Shown: positions 10,061 through 19,599, numbered from the stretch's first letter. The stretch is 19,599 nt of DNA from Octopus sinensis (GCF_006345805.1 NW_021824113.1:1-19599); one strand, 5' to 3'. The notes: generated by a model not told the origin, from the sequence alone. Made by a program: numbers and translations.

Positions 10061-10062
<2 letters not shown>

Positions 10063-10139
<77 letters not shown>

Positions 10140-10308
10140 GTATATATAGATGTATATATACATATATATACACAAGTTTAGATAAGATACGTATACATTG
10201 ATATGTATTATATATATTATATATTGAAATATCAGCACACACAAACATTCATGCAAGAAACTCCCGGTCTTTGAGTCATTTTCTTGCTTCTGCTAAGTAT
10301 TAATAACA

Positions 10309-10342
<34 letters not shown>

Positions 10343-10394
10343 ATATAATATTATATATAATATTTCTTTATTTATACATACACACATACGTATA

Positions 10395-10449
<55 letters not shown>

Positions 10450-10500
10450 ATATTATATACATACATATATATATATATATACATATACATACATATATAT
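10063..10500. repeat. (TA)n-dominated arrays with a short unique interruption (~10225-10310)
   Basis: Directly visible. Confidence 0.9.
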
Positions 10501-11952
10501 ATTCTAACGTTTTGAGTTCTATTTATCCTGCTTTTATCTCCAAAGCTATGTATATATTTATGTATACACACACACAAAAAAAATATATATATATAATACA
10601 TACATACTTGTGTGTGCATGTATGCTCGTGTTGGAAGCTGGCTATAATAGACTGGTCATAAACTGTCGCACACCAGTCTCTCTTAGTTGCAATAACTTAA
10701 ACAAACCCAGCTCAAATTATTGCAGAACGAAAAATGAAAATCGAACACAAGGATATAACTTACAGACATAAAAAATATTATACCATAAAGTCAGGATGAT
10801 TCGTACGCTTGAAATAAAATAGCACGAACGGCAGAAGCGACGCCAGCAACAACATTCCAGCATTTGTTAATGTTGTTGATAAAAGAGAATCTCAACCTGA
10901 TTCATCTCTCATAAAAGCCGTGGTAGTGGTTGAGGTGTGTTACAAAAGATAGTACATCATGCTCGATGCATTTAATCGAAAACTCTAAGGGAGATAATAT
11001 CCTTGCATTTTCCCTCAACGCTAAGGTTAAACGATATGATCTTGAAATATAAGCTACAGGAGGCTGTAAATTCTTTTCTGGGAAGGTGTGTGTTTCGTTG
11101 GCCGGGGCAGGGTATATGGACATATGTGCCTGTTTTTTTTTCTTCATTTCTTCGATGCGGAAGAAGGAGAGAAAAAGAGGTGTAAAGCTACTAGCCTGAG
11201 CACTGGTTACTATAATGTTCCAGATGTCTTAGCAATAATCTAATTATGGCTGTGAATATTGGCCTGCACCTTGCGCAACTGTGCGGACAAGTGACGATTC
11301 CAGTGATTGCCACCTGCAAGTACATGTAGCTAGGAGGGGTCTGTGTTGATATGTAGGTCTTAAGAAAACTTCACTATCAATCCGTTAAGTGAACCGAGAA
11401 TGGATTAGTTAGCCTGGTAGTGCACGCCAAAATCTCTAGTTGTACACATGCGGTGGCAGATGCTACAGTAGGGCCACCTACCCAGGAAAAGCAAATGGAA
11501 AAGGACGGCAGACGACAGTGAGGTTACAGATACAGCAGGATCTAGGAGTGAAAGCATGGCTACTGCTACAGCTGTTTCGAACCATTTCCGTTCTCAGCCC
11601 CGAGGACGCATGGAACAGAGTTAAAATTGCCTCGTTCCCAGCATCATGCGTACCTTCCTTCTCCGCCTCCTTCTTTTCTGCATTGCATTGCGTGCGGTGA
11701 TCCAGAGGGTGTGGGTCCTTCAGGGTTCGATATCTCCACATCATATATTGAGCAAGTGTGCTTTTCCTTACCCTCAGATTGGTCCCTGCTTTGTCAAGGG
11801 TTGGCAGAAGCTGTGTGAAATGCGGTCGGGTGGATTATTTATGTCATTCAAACCTCTTGCTTTGTCACAATGAGTCACGCAGATTTATAGTGAGAATGTC
11901 GGTAAGGATAGACGTTTCCGTCGAATACCCAACCAATTACATACTAATGAAA

Positions 11953-12167
11953 AATTGATTTCAAAGTTTGGCACAAGGCCAGCAATATTTTGGGGGAGAA
12001 GTAAGTCGGTTACATCGACCACCGTATTCAACTGTTACGTATTTTTCGACCTCGGAGGGATCAAACGCGTAGTCGACCTCGGCAGAATTCGAACTCAGAA
12101 CATGACGACAAACGAAATACTCCTAGCATCTTGCCCTGCGTGCTAACGATTCCGCCTGCCCACCGCC
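11953..12167 (-). mobile_element. tRNA-derived SINE, family B (head shared with 18836-19065, different 3' tail)
   Basis: The minus strand reads GGCGGTGGGCAGGCGGAATCGTTAGCACGCAGGG...CTGAGTTCGAATTCTGCCGAGGTCGAC. It is colinear with the 18836-19065 copy up to GGTCGATGTAACCGACTTA, after which the tail diverges. Confidence 0.85.
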
Positions 12168-12731
12168 ATACATACTATTTAGATATTATCAGGTGATTCA
12201 CCTGATCTAACAACTGAATGCACGTCGCAAACGATGGAGTTCTTTGTCCTTACTAAATCGCTGATTGTGGCAATCAAATTTTGTACGTCCCTTAGTTGTG
12301 TGAATGGAATTATTTTCACAGATTTCACTTGAGAATACTATATCCCTATTGGCGAAACTGGTTCTCGCTTATCCAATTATATTCGAATTCTTCAGTTCTT
12401 GAAATCTTTTCATAACCATTTCTCTTTCCTCTTCTTCTCGAGTGATTGTCGACCATTTCTCCTTGCAGTAGCAGTAACAACAGCGCGTAATAATTTTGGT
12501 TTTTATCAAATATTTATGAGCTCTAAAGCACATTTTCTTTGTTTTTTTTGTTTTGTAAAAATGGCTGCTTGGTTGGTAGCGTACACTGTATGTTGAGAAT
12601 TTCAAACACTTGTTGTCGCTTTCGTTCTTTAAAGCATTTTCAGAAAATAATTTCAGTATTCAGGGTTTGGTGTATTAACTGGCTCTAAACTGGCGAACTG
12701 AATATATTAACTAAGCATTACGTTGAAGATA

Positions 12732-13137
12732 GGCACAGCCGTGGCTGTATTGTAAGAGGCTTGCTTCCCAACTGCATGGTTCTAGGTTCAGTCCCTCTGC
12801 GTGGCGCTTTTGGCAAGTGTCTTCTACAATAATTCTCGGCCGACAAAGGCCTTGTGAGTGACTTGTGGTTTTGGTAGACGGAAACCGAAAGAAACCCACT
12901 ACATAAGTGTGTGAGTGTATGTTTGTGTCTGTGCTTATCCCCCTATCACCGATTGACAGCTAGTGAGGTGTGTTTAGGTCCTCGAAACTTAGCGGTGCGG
13001 CAAAAGGTAGCAAAAAAATAAATACCAGGCTTAAAAACAAAATTAGTACGGGGCTTATTCATTCGACTAATATTTCCTCAAGGCGGTGCCCCAGCATGAC
13101 CGCAGTCTAATGACTGAAACAAGTAAAAAGATAAAAT
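12732..13137 (+). mobile_element. Near full-length tRNA-derived SINE, family A (CORE-like central motif)
   Basis: A-box-like TGGCTGTATTG and B-box-like GGTTCAGTCCC. TTTTGGCAAGTGTCTTC resembles the CORE domain. The 3' end is AAGGCGGTGCCCCAGCATGACCGCAGTCTAATGACTGAAACAAGTAAAAAGATAAAA. Confidence 0.9.
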
Positions 13138-13576
13138 ATATAAAACTACAACTAAAACAGGGATGTTATAGCTACCATCTGACGACCGGACAGAGGCAGC
13201 TTGTCAATCAGTCAATCACGTGCATATTAGGATAGAAGCCTAAACATGCAAAACTACTAGTACCAGGTTAGCTCATGACATTTATATCTTTATATCTATG
13301 ATGATTAAGTCGTTGCATGATTGTAGGCCATAAGGTGGAAGGATGCAAACACATATGCAGAAAGGCTTTTACAGCTGTTTCAGAAACAGGTGTGAAGATA
13401 GTACATATTGTGCAAAAAAGCGGTAGTAATACATATCGCTGCGCTCTTTTCCCACATCTGATATCAGTGATTTTACTTGTTTTTGCTTTTATGCACATAT
13501 ACCTATATATACCAAAAGTAAAATAAGAAAATGGAGAGATATGATGGATATAAATTGATTTATTAATTAATTAACA

Positions 13577-13674
13577 TTGCCTACCATTGTTTCAATTGAG
13601 ACTCAATAACAATTACAAAACCTATATAATAAATTAAGTTTAAATTTTGAAGACCTTACGTGAAATATCTTCAG
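13577..13674 (-). ncRNA. 5'-truncated hammerhead core (helix I 5' strand missing)
   Basis: The minus strand reads CTGAAGA (13674-13668)...GAAAC-AATG-GTA^GGCAA. The upstream ATCTCAA cannot pair with GGCAA, and the loop is AATG rather than the palindromic AATT. Confidence 0.55.
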
Positions 13675-13719
13675 TTGAGATACTCCTACAGACTCAGTAT
13701 GTAAACTCCGTAATGTTCT

Positions 13720-13814
13720 TTGCCCTGAAGATATTTCACACAAGATCTTCAAAATGCAAACTTATTTTACTGTCTGTTTTGTTTTGTAATTTGAATTGAA
13801 ACAATTGTAGGCAA
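13720..13814 (+). ncRNA. Minimal type I hammerhead ribozyme motif
   Basis: TTGCC-CTGAAGA (13725-13731)-TATTTCA...TGAATT-GAAA (13798-13801)-C-AATT-GTA^GGCAA. Helix I TTGCC/GGCAA is a perfect 5 bp and helix III is the palindrome ACAATTGT. The GUA triplet predicts a cut between 13809 and 13810. Helix II is weak, with a U.U first pair. Confidence 0.72.
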
Positions 13815-14065
13815 TGTTAATTAATTAATAATTTAATTTATAGCCATTAAATCTTTCCATTTTCATATTTTATAATACTTAATATTTTTGTTGTATATTC
13901 ATTGAAGAAACAACTCTTGAAAATATATATTAAACCAGAGTAATTTGGGTAAATATTTCCCTATAAGACGATTATATACATCATCACACTGACTATATAT
14001 ATATATATATATGGGTGGGTGGGTTTGCGCGTGGTGTTCATGTATGTATGTATATATATATAATT

Positions 14066-14226
14066 GATGGGCTTCTTTCAGTTTTCATCAACCGAATGCA
14101 CTGAGGAGGCTTTGATCGCCCCGGGGATTTTGTAATATAGCAGAAGGCAGTTGTGTAAGGTGCCATGCGATAGAACTGGGACCGAAAGCATATGCTTGGG
14201 AAGTGAACCTTGTACTACATAGCAAC
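14066..14226 (-). mobile_element. Family A SINE, 5' half
   Basis: Reverse complement of the head and CORE-like part seen at 12732-12900 (GGGCTTCTTTCAGTTTT..., GTAAGGTGCCATGC, TTGGGAAGTGAACCTT). Confidence 0.8.
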
Positions 14227-14294
14227 AATTGGTTAAGATGATCGAGGCAATTGCTTTTAGCACACCCTCTACATGTTTTTAAAAACTAATTAGA

Positions 14295-14346
<52 letters not shown>

Positions 14347-14452
14347 ATATATATATATGTGTATATATATATGTGTATATGTATGTATATATATGTTTAT
14401 ATACATATTCATATATATATATATATATATATTTATACGTATATATATCACA
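14295..14452. repeat. (TA)n-(TG)n-(TA)n microsatellite
   Basis: Directly visible. Confidence 0.96.
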
Positions 14453-14479
14453 CATTTCTTTGTGTTTCTTTTCCTCGAC

Positions 14480-14635
14480 GCTGCTGGTTTGTTTACATCT
14501 CTGTGGCTAAGTACCAGAGTAAAAGGCCTCAAAAAGAAATGAACAAGTTCTAGTTTCAGTTCTTTCGACTAAATTCCCTCAGAGCTGTGCCCCAGTTTGG
14601 CCGCAGTAAGTCACTAACACAAGCAGAAGTAAAAG
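14480..14635 (+). mobile_element. Family A SINE, 3' half, degenerate
   Basis: GCTGGTTTGTTTACATC...TAAGTACCAG...TTCGACTAA...GTGCCCCAG..TGGCCGCAGT...AAGTAAAAG is colinear with 12960-13137. Confidence 0.72.
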
Positions 14636-14879
14636 CATAATCGATGACAGAAAACCCCCATTTTTTGGCAAAAGGGCTTGACACATTTTCTCCCCCTTAT
14701 TTCCGATTGGTTAATATTTATGAAACAGTTACCTTTGGCACACCCTGTACATCTTTCCAAGGCAGAGCGAGATATTTCAATACAACAGTAAGTTTTACAT
14801 TTTCTTCAGACGCTAAGAGTGCCACAGTATTGATTACCTGTCACAGAACGTATTAGCCTAGACCTACTGTCTATTTAAC

Positions 14880-15700
14880 GACAGAACACCGATATATGAG
14901 CGACATTCCCAAAATCTGTAAGTGAATCATAGTAAATCTGATGACATTGCTTTAACTTTTAGCCCCGAAAATGTCATTTAACTGTCAAGATTCACATTCT
15001 GTAAAACTGTTCTAGCAATTTCTATATTTACTACCAACTCATTTGCATTATCACATCAAACTATTGGAATATATAGGCTAAATCGAAAAATTTCATTCCA
15101 TTCTATCCCAAAATGCATTGTTAAAGATTTCTGGGTGGTCGCTTCTATTTAACTACAGAACTGTCATTCTATCACAGAATTTCTATTCTATATAACATTT
15201 CATTGCATCCTGGACGTTATCCATCAAACGATCAACGTCTGAGTGCAGTCACAAATTTCCATTCGTCGAAAGTCTATTATAATATATAAAATTTAATTTC
15301 AATGAGCGCGGTTCCATCGACTGACAGAGCCGTCAGCTATGACACTGCATTACATTTTCTGTAGATGTAATAGAAATTTGATGCTTTTCCTCTCGCTTGA
15401 ATTACATTGAAAAGCCAAGCTATCGGTAATATCATAAGATACCGTTCTTATAATCGATGCAACACGAAGAATTTTAGATGAGCTCCGTTCCATACAACGA
15501 CCAAACTGTCATCTGGGACAGAAAATACTTATTCGGCACAACTTTCATAGAATTTTGATGTCTTCACTGTCAGTTTAATCTTTATCAACCTGTGAAACTC
15601 ACTTGGAGAACGCATATTCCCATTCGCTAAAAATTCTCATTGAAATTCGATATTATTGATTACGAGTGTAAGCATTCAAAATAAATCGAAGTAGGACTTG
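14880..15700 (+). repeat. Copy 1 of an old tandem duplication (partner ~16085-17055)
   Basis: Shared anchors: CCGAAAATGTCATTTA at 14965/16179, AACTACAGAACTGTCAT at 15151/16356, TATAACATTTCATTGCAT at 15191/16396 and CTCATTGAAATTC at 15636/16981. Confidence 0.88.
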
Positions 15701-16084
15701 GAATTGTAAAAATCTTTCAAAGACCAGTAGAAATGTCAGTGCTGTGTCTCTTTCACTGAAATTCTTTATTTGTATTTATTTATTTATGTCTTTGAGTCTT
15801 TGAACAATCAGTTAAAATACAATTTTTGATTCATATTGTTTCTTTATTCTCAACGCACGTCATTGATTTAATATAAGACAGATTCCATGATATATATCTA
15901 ACCACGGTGCCACGATATGCTTCTAAACAATATTATCCTATGCCACTAGTGTCATACTATCGATTAGCTGTCATACGTTTTTGTATACCCATAGTCTTTT
16001 CTCTCTCTCTTTCTCCCTCTCTTCCACTTGTCCTCCGTCTCTCCCTCTCTCTCTCTGTGTCTCTCGTTCTTTCGCCATATAACA

Positions 16085-17055
16085 GCACAGGCCTGAGAGA
16101 TATGACTGACACTGCAAAACCTGAAAGCGAATCTTAGAATCTTTGTTGACACTATTTCTTGTACATCCACATTCAGCACCGAAAATGTCATTTACTTGTC
16201 AAGGATCTCATTAAATGAAGCTGTTATAGCAATTTCTATAATTACTGCCAATTCATTCACACAATTGCATCAACAAGTGGAAATTCTTGGCAAAATAACA
16301 AAACACCATCCCATGCACATTGTAAGAGATTTCGGGGGTGGGGTTGCTTCTGCTTAACTACAGAACTGTCATCTATGACAGCAACTTCCATTCTTTATAA
16401 CATTTCATTGCATTCTGGGTGTTTTCGAAATCGTCTGAATTCCATCAAGCGATCAACCTCTTAGCTAACTCACAAAAATCCTATTCTTCATAAGACTATT
16501 ATAATACGTCGCGTGAACGCTGTTCGTTCTAATGGCAAAACTGTCAGCCATGACACAACTTTAAATTTTCTGTCGCAACACTGGCATTTTAATGCTTCTC
16601 TCTCTCTCTCTCTCTCTATCCCCCTCTCTCTCACCTCTTTCTATCTATCTATATCTCTTTCCCTTTCTCTATCACTTTCTCTCTGTCTTTCTTTCCCCCT
16701 CTCTCTCTCTCTCTCGGTTTGAAATACGTCGACCAATCAAACTATCTGTAATATTACAAAACACCATTCTCCTAATGGATGCTGTGGTATCAATTTTAGA
16801 TATGCTACGTCACCTACAAACACCGAAACGACGTCTGGGATACTAATATTCATTCTGTATGAAATTCCATAAAAGTTTAAAATATAAAAATTTAAAATTT
16901 CCCTTTTTTTTTTTCAATTGCACTTATTTGAATTTTCACCAATAATGATAATTTCACAAATTACCATTATGTTTAAAGGTCTCATTGAAATTCAATAGAA
17001 TTATACTGCGCATTGGAAGAATATTAAATCTGAAATCTTAAAATATGCAGGACCT
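16085..17055 (+). repeat. Copy 2 of the old tandem duplication, interrupted by a (CT)n expansion at ~16586-16715
   Basis: Same anchors as copy 1. The offset is 1205-1214 before the CT tract and 1345 after it. Confidence 0.88.
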
Positions 17056-17164
17056 ACTTCTGTTCGAACTTCAGTCAGCTGAACATCATAAGGTACATCT
17101 TCAGCTGTCTGAGTGAAGCATTCAGTAAAATGCAGCCAGAAAATTATTATAAATTAGTGGAACT

Positions 17165-17547
17165 GGAAGCACTCCGTCGGTTACGACGACGAGGGTTCCG
17201 GTTGATCCGAATCAACGGAACAGCCTGCTCGTGAAATTAACGTGTAAGTGGCTGAGCACTCCACAGACACATGTACCCTTAACGTAGTTCTCAGGGAGAT
17301 TCAGCGTGACACAGAGAGTGACAAGGCCGGCCCTTTGAAATACAGGTACAACAGAAACAGGAAGTAAGAGTGAGAGAAAGTTGTGGTGAAAGAGTACAGC
17401 AGAGATCACCACCATCCCTGCCGGAGCCTCGTGGAGGTTTAGGTGACTTCGCTCATTAAACACTCACAACGCCCGGTCTGGGAATCGAAACCGCGATCCT
17501 ACGACCGCGAGTCCGCTGCCCTAACCACTGGGCCATTGCGCCTCCAC
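17165..17547 (-). mobile_element. Apparently full-length tRNA-derived SINE, family C, with target-site duplication
   Basis: Head GTGGAGGCGCAATGGCCCAGTGGTTAGGGCAGCGGACTCGCGGTCGTAGGATCGCGGTTTCGATTCCCAG, with A box TGGCCCAGTGG and B-box-like GGTTTCGATTCC. The flanks are TAGTGGAACT (17155-17164) and TAATGGAACT (17548-17557). Confidence 0.92.
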
Positions 17548-17732
17548 TAATGGAACTATGCGTAAGAGAAGTAAGGGGAACGAATGATGCTCGTTTACGG
17601 ATGTATGATTTGAACAAACGACTGAAGAAAGTTGTATTAAGTAACGGTTATCTTACATAAGTAAGAAAAAAGTGCGTATTAAATGCATTCAAAATATTAA
17701 CATTCAGTTTTATATTTATTCTGATATGTGTA

Positions 17733-17770
<38 letters not shown>

Positions 17771-17837
17771 TGTGTGTTGTGTGTGTGTGCATGTTTAAAT
17801 GTATGTATAAATATGTTTATGTATTTATGCATGTCAG

Positions 17838-17906
17838 GAACCCCGAGCTTCTATCATAGAATCCTTCAAAAAGAGGGAATCTCTGGCGTACAACCTGCTG
17901 TTTCAG
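17838..17906 (+). other. Candidate internal exon (69 nt, frame-preserving)
   Basis: Acceptor tttatgcatgtcag| and strong donor CAG|GTGAGA (17907). Open frames are EPRASIIESFKKRESLAYNLLFQ (phase 0-0) and GTPSFYHRILQKEGISGVQPAVS (phase 1-1). Confidence 0.35.
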
Positions 17907-18111
17907 GTGAGAGCTCGTCAAGTCGCTTCGGTGTGTGACTAGGTACTGAGCAGTACAAGTGTGCTGCGATCCATTATCACAGTGATTCCATTTCTCGTTC
18001 AATCTCAGGAAATCGCTACTGTATTGAAAGAATGGAGACACGTGTAGACCTAACCAGTTGGAAGCGCAAACTTACAAGTCTGCACATATATGTGAATATA
18101 TATTCATATGG

Positions 18112-18151
<40 letters not shown>

Positions 18152-18156
<5 letters not shown>

Positions 18157-18258
18157 GGCGCAATGGACCAGTGGTTAGGGCAGTGAACTTGTGGTTGTAG
18201 GATCGCGGTTTTGATTCCCAGTCCGGGCGTTGTAAGTGTTTATTGAGCGAAAACACCT
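18152..18258 (+). mobile_element. Family C SINE, head only (3'-truncated)
   Basis: GTGAAGGCGCAATGGACCAGTGGTTAGGGCAGTGAACTTGTGGTTGTAGGATCGCGGTTTTGATTCCCAG...GAGCGAAAACACCT matches the head of 17165-17547 in the opposite orientation. Confidence 0.88.
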
Positions 18259-18835
18259 ATATATAGCCGAAGGATTAAAATTAATCAAAGGGCATACTAA
18301 GTATGCCTACCTGCTGAAAATAAGTCAAAACACTGATATTAACTACAGAAATCAACTGTCCGCGAGCAAACCGGTTAAGACAATCTTTCAACATACATTC
18401 AAGTATTTGGACTCACGTAGACTGGTTCCTGGACAGGCAACGTAGCCATATACATGTGTTTTAAATTGTCCTTGCTTCAGTTTTTCTTTTTATTGTAGCC
18501 ATGCTTGGGCGCCGCTCTGAATAACTTTACTTGTACGACTATATATATATGTGTGTCTGTGTGTCTGTGGTTTGAATTTAGTGAGTTTTTGACTAATATT
18601 TATTATAGTATATTTAAATTTTTTCTATATAACATAGATAATGTAATTCAATATTGAATTACTTAATACAGTTTATTTCTCTTAATTATATACATATACG
18701 CATACATTTGTATATATACCTAGATATACACATATATATATATATACATTCATATACATATACGTACATAGATAGATACATATGTATATATGCATTAATC
18801 CAAATAAGTGTGCTTATATATATATATATATATAT

Positions 18836-19065
18836 ATTTCTTTATTGCCCACAAGGGGCTAAACACAGAGAGGACAAACAATGACAGACAAACGGATTAA
18901 GTCGATTATATCGACCCCAGTGCATAACTGGTACTTAATTTATCGACCCCGAAAGGATGAAAGGCAAAGTAGACCTCGGCGGAATTTGAACTCAGAACGT
19001 AAAGACAGACGAAATACGGCTACGCATTTCGCCCGGCGTGCTAACGGTTCTGCCAGCTCGCCGCC
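18836..19065 (-). mobile_element. Well-preserved tRNA-derived SINE, family B
   Basis: The minus strand reads GGCGGCGAGCTGGCAGAACCGTTAGCACGCCGGGCG..., with B box GAGTTCAAATTCC. The central part is GCCTTTCATCCTTTCGGGGTCGATAAATTAAGTACCAG-like and the tail is TTTAGCCCCTTGTGGGCAATAAAGAAAT. Confidence 0.92.
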
Positions 19066-19491
19066 ATATATATATATATATACTAATATGTATGTGTATA
19101 AATAATGGCACAGACATACGTGAACATACACATATGTGTGCCTATGTGTATCTATAAAGGCACGTATCTATGCATATATGTAAGCATTTATGTATGCTCG
19201 GAGTGAACTAAAGCATGAAATTGGAAGCCGTTATATCGCATAACAGCGACAGAGGGGGAAAATGTCGATGCTATGCTTCTTTCATTAGAATTTCGCCTAA
19301 ACAATGTGCGAAAATACCATCTTGTTCTCGGAATACCATTCTTGAAAACATATTGAATTCTGATTGTCTTCGATTATTTAATCTCACACAACAAAATGTC
19401 GGCGCGCTGCGAGAGTTCCATATCGTTTGGATTCATTGGAAATACCACCTAAGTCATATGTGGTCAGCATATATCGGAGTGCATTATATAC

Positions 19492-19493
<2 letters not shown>

Positions 19494-19552
<59 letters not shown>

Positions 19553-19599
19553 AATATATATATACATATATATACATATATATATGTATGTATATATAC
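19494..19599. repeat. (TA)n/(TACA)n microsatellite
   Basis: Directly visible. Confidence 0.97.

Larger units (their letters stand above)
13519..13872. mobile_element. 354-bp element made of two inverted ~150-bp arms, each carrying a hammerhead core (inverted Penelope-like termini or hammerhead-derived MITE)
   Basis: The arms 13519-13674 and 13725-13872 are reverse complements with scattered substitutions and indels, for example TTAATTAATTAACATTGCCTAC / GTAGGCAATGTTAATTAATTAA and GTGAAATATCTTCAG / CTGAAGATATTTCAC. Both ends are TA. Confidence 0.85.

Noticed and set aside
10643-10679. TATATAAG followed ~30 nt later by the Inr-like CCAGTCT
   Set aside because: TATA-like words are ubiquitous in this sequence, and the next ATG opens only 21 codons.
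12369-12605. Minus-strand ORF with a Cys cluster (RCCYCYCKEK...EEEEREM)
   Set aside because: It has no good acceptor or start context and no recognisable domain, and neighbouring frames are similarly open.
13187-13215. CTGACGA hammerhead-like box
   Set aside because: No GAAA box, NUH site or helix I follows.
14737-14749. GGCACACCCTGTA, resembling a Tc1/mariner terminal repeat end
   Set aside because: It is only 13 bp and no matching opposite terminus was found in the window.
17070-17113. 14-bp imperfect inverted repeat overlapping a 42-nt exon-like segment (17051-17092)
   Set aside because: The repeat is short and imperfect, the acceptor is weak, and it is not retained in the other duplication copy.
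17470-17547. tRNA genes at the SINE heads (also 7601, 12732, 18152 and 19065)
   Set aside because: They have A and B boxes but continue into shared SINE bodies and lack a complete acceptor stem, so they are tRNA-derived heads rather than tRNA genes.
18291-18307. GGCATACT-A-AGTATGCC interrupted palindrome
   Set aside because: It is a single 8-bp-arm palindrome with no supporting context, plausible by chance in 20 kb.

Overview
This is an AT-rich, microsatellite-saturated eukaryotic window, mostly intronic or intergenic. The SINE types and the TA/TACA/GATA/CAT arrays suggest a cephalopod (Octopus-like) genome; that assignment is an inference. No long ORF is a credible gene: nearly all ORF-track entries are translated microsatellites. 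The window holds at least 8 tRNA-derived SINE copies or fragments from 4 apparent families, a degenerate 25-bp minisatellite, and an old ~1.2-kb tandem duplication with ~175-bp subunits. It also has two housekeeping-promoter-like motif clusters and a few weak candidate exons. The main result is a set of minimal type I hammerhead ribozyme motifs of the kind known from Penelope-like retroelement termini. Two are near-complete: 3297-3381 on the minus strand and 13720-13814 on the plus strand. A third is a 5'-truncated inverted partner of the second (13577-13674, minus), and a fourth is decayed (~2101-2140). All structures were read by eye; no folding, alignment or database search was run.
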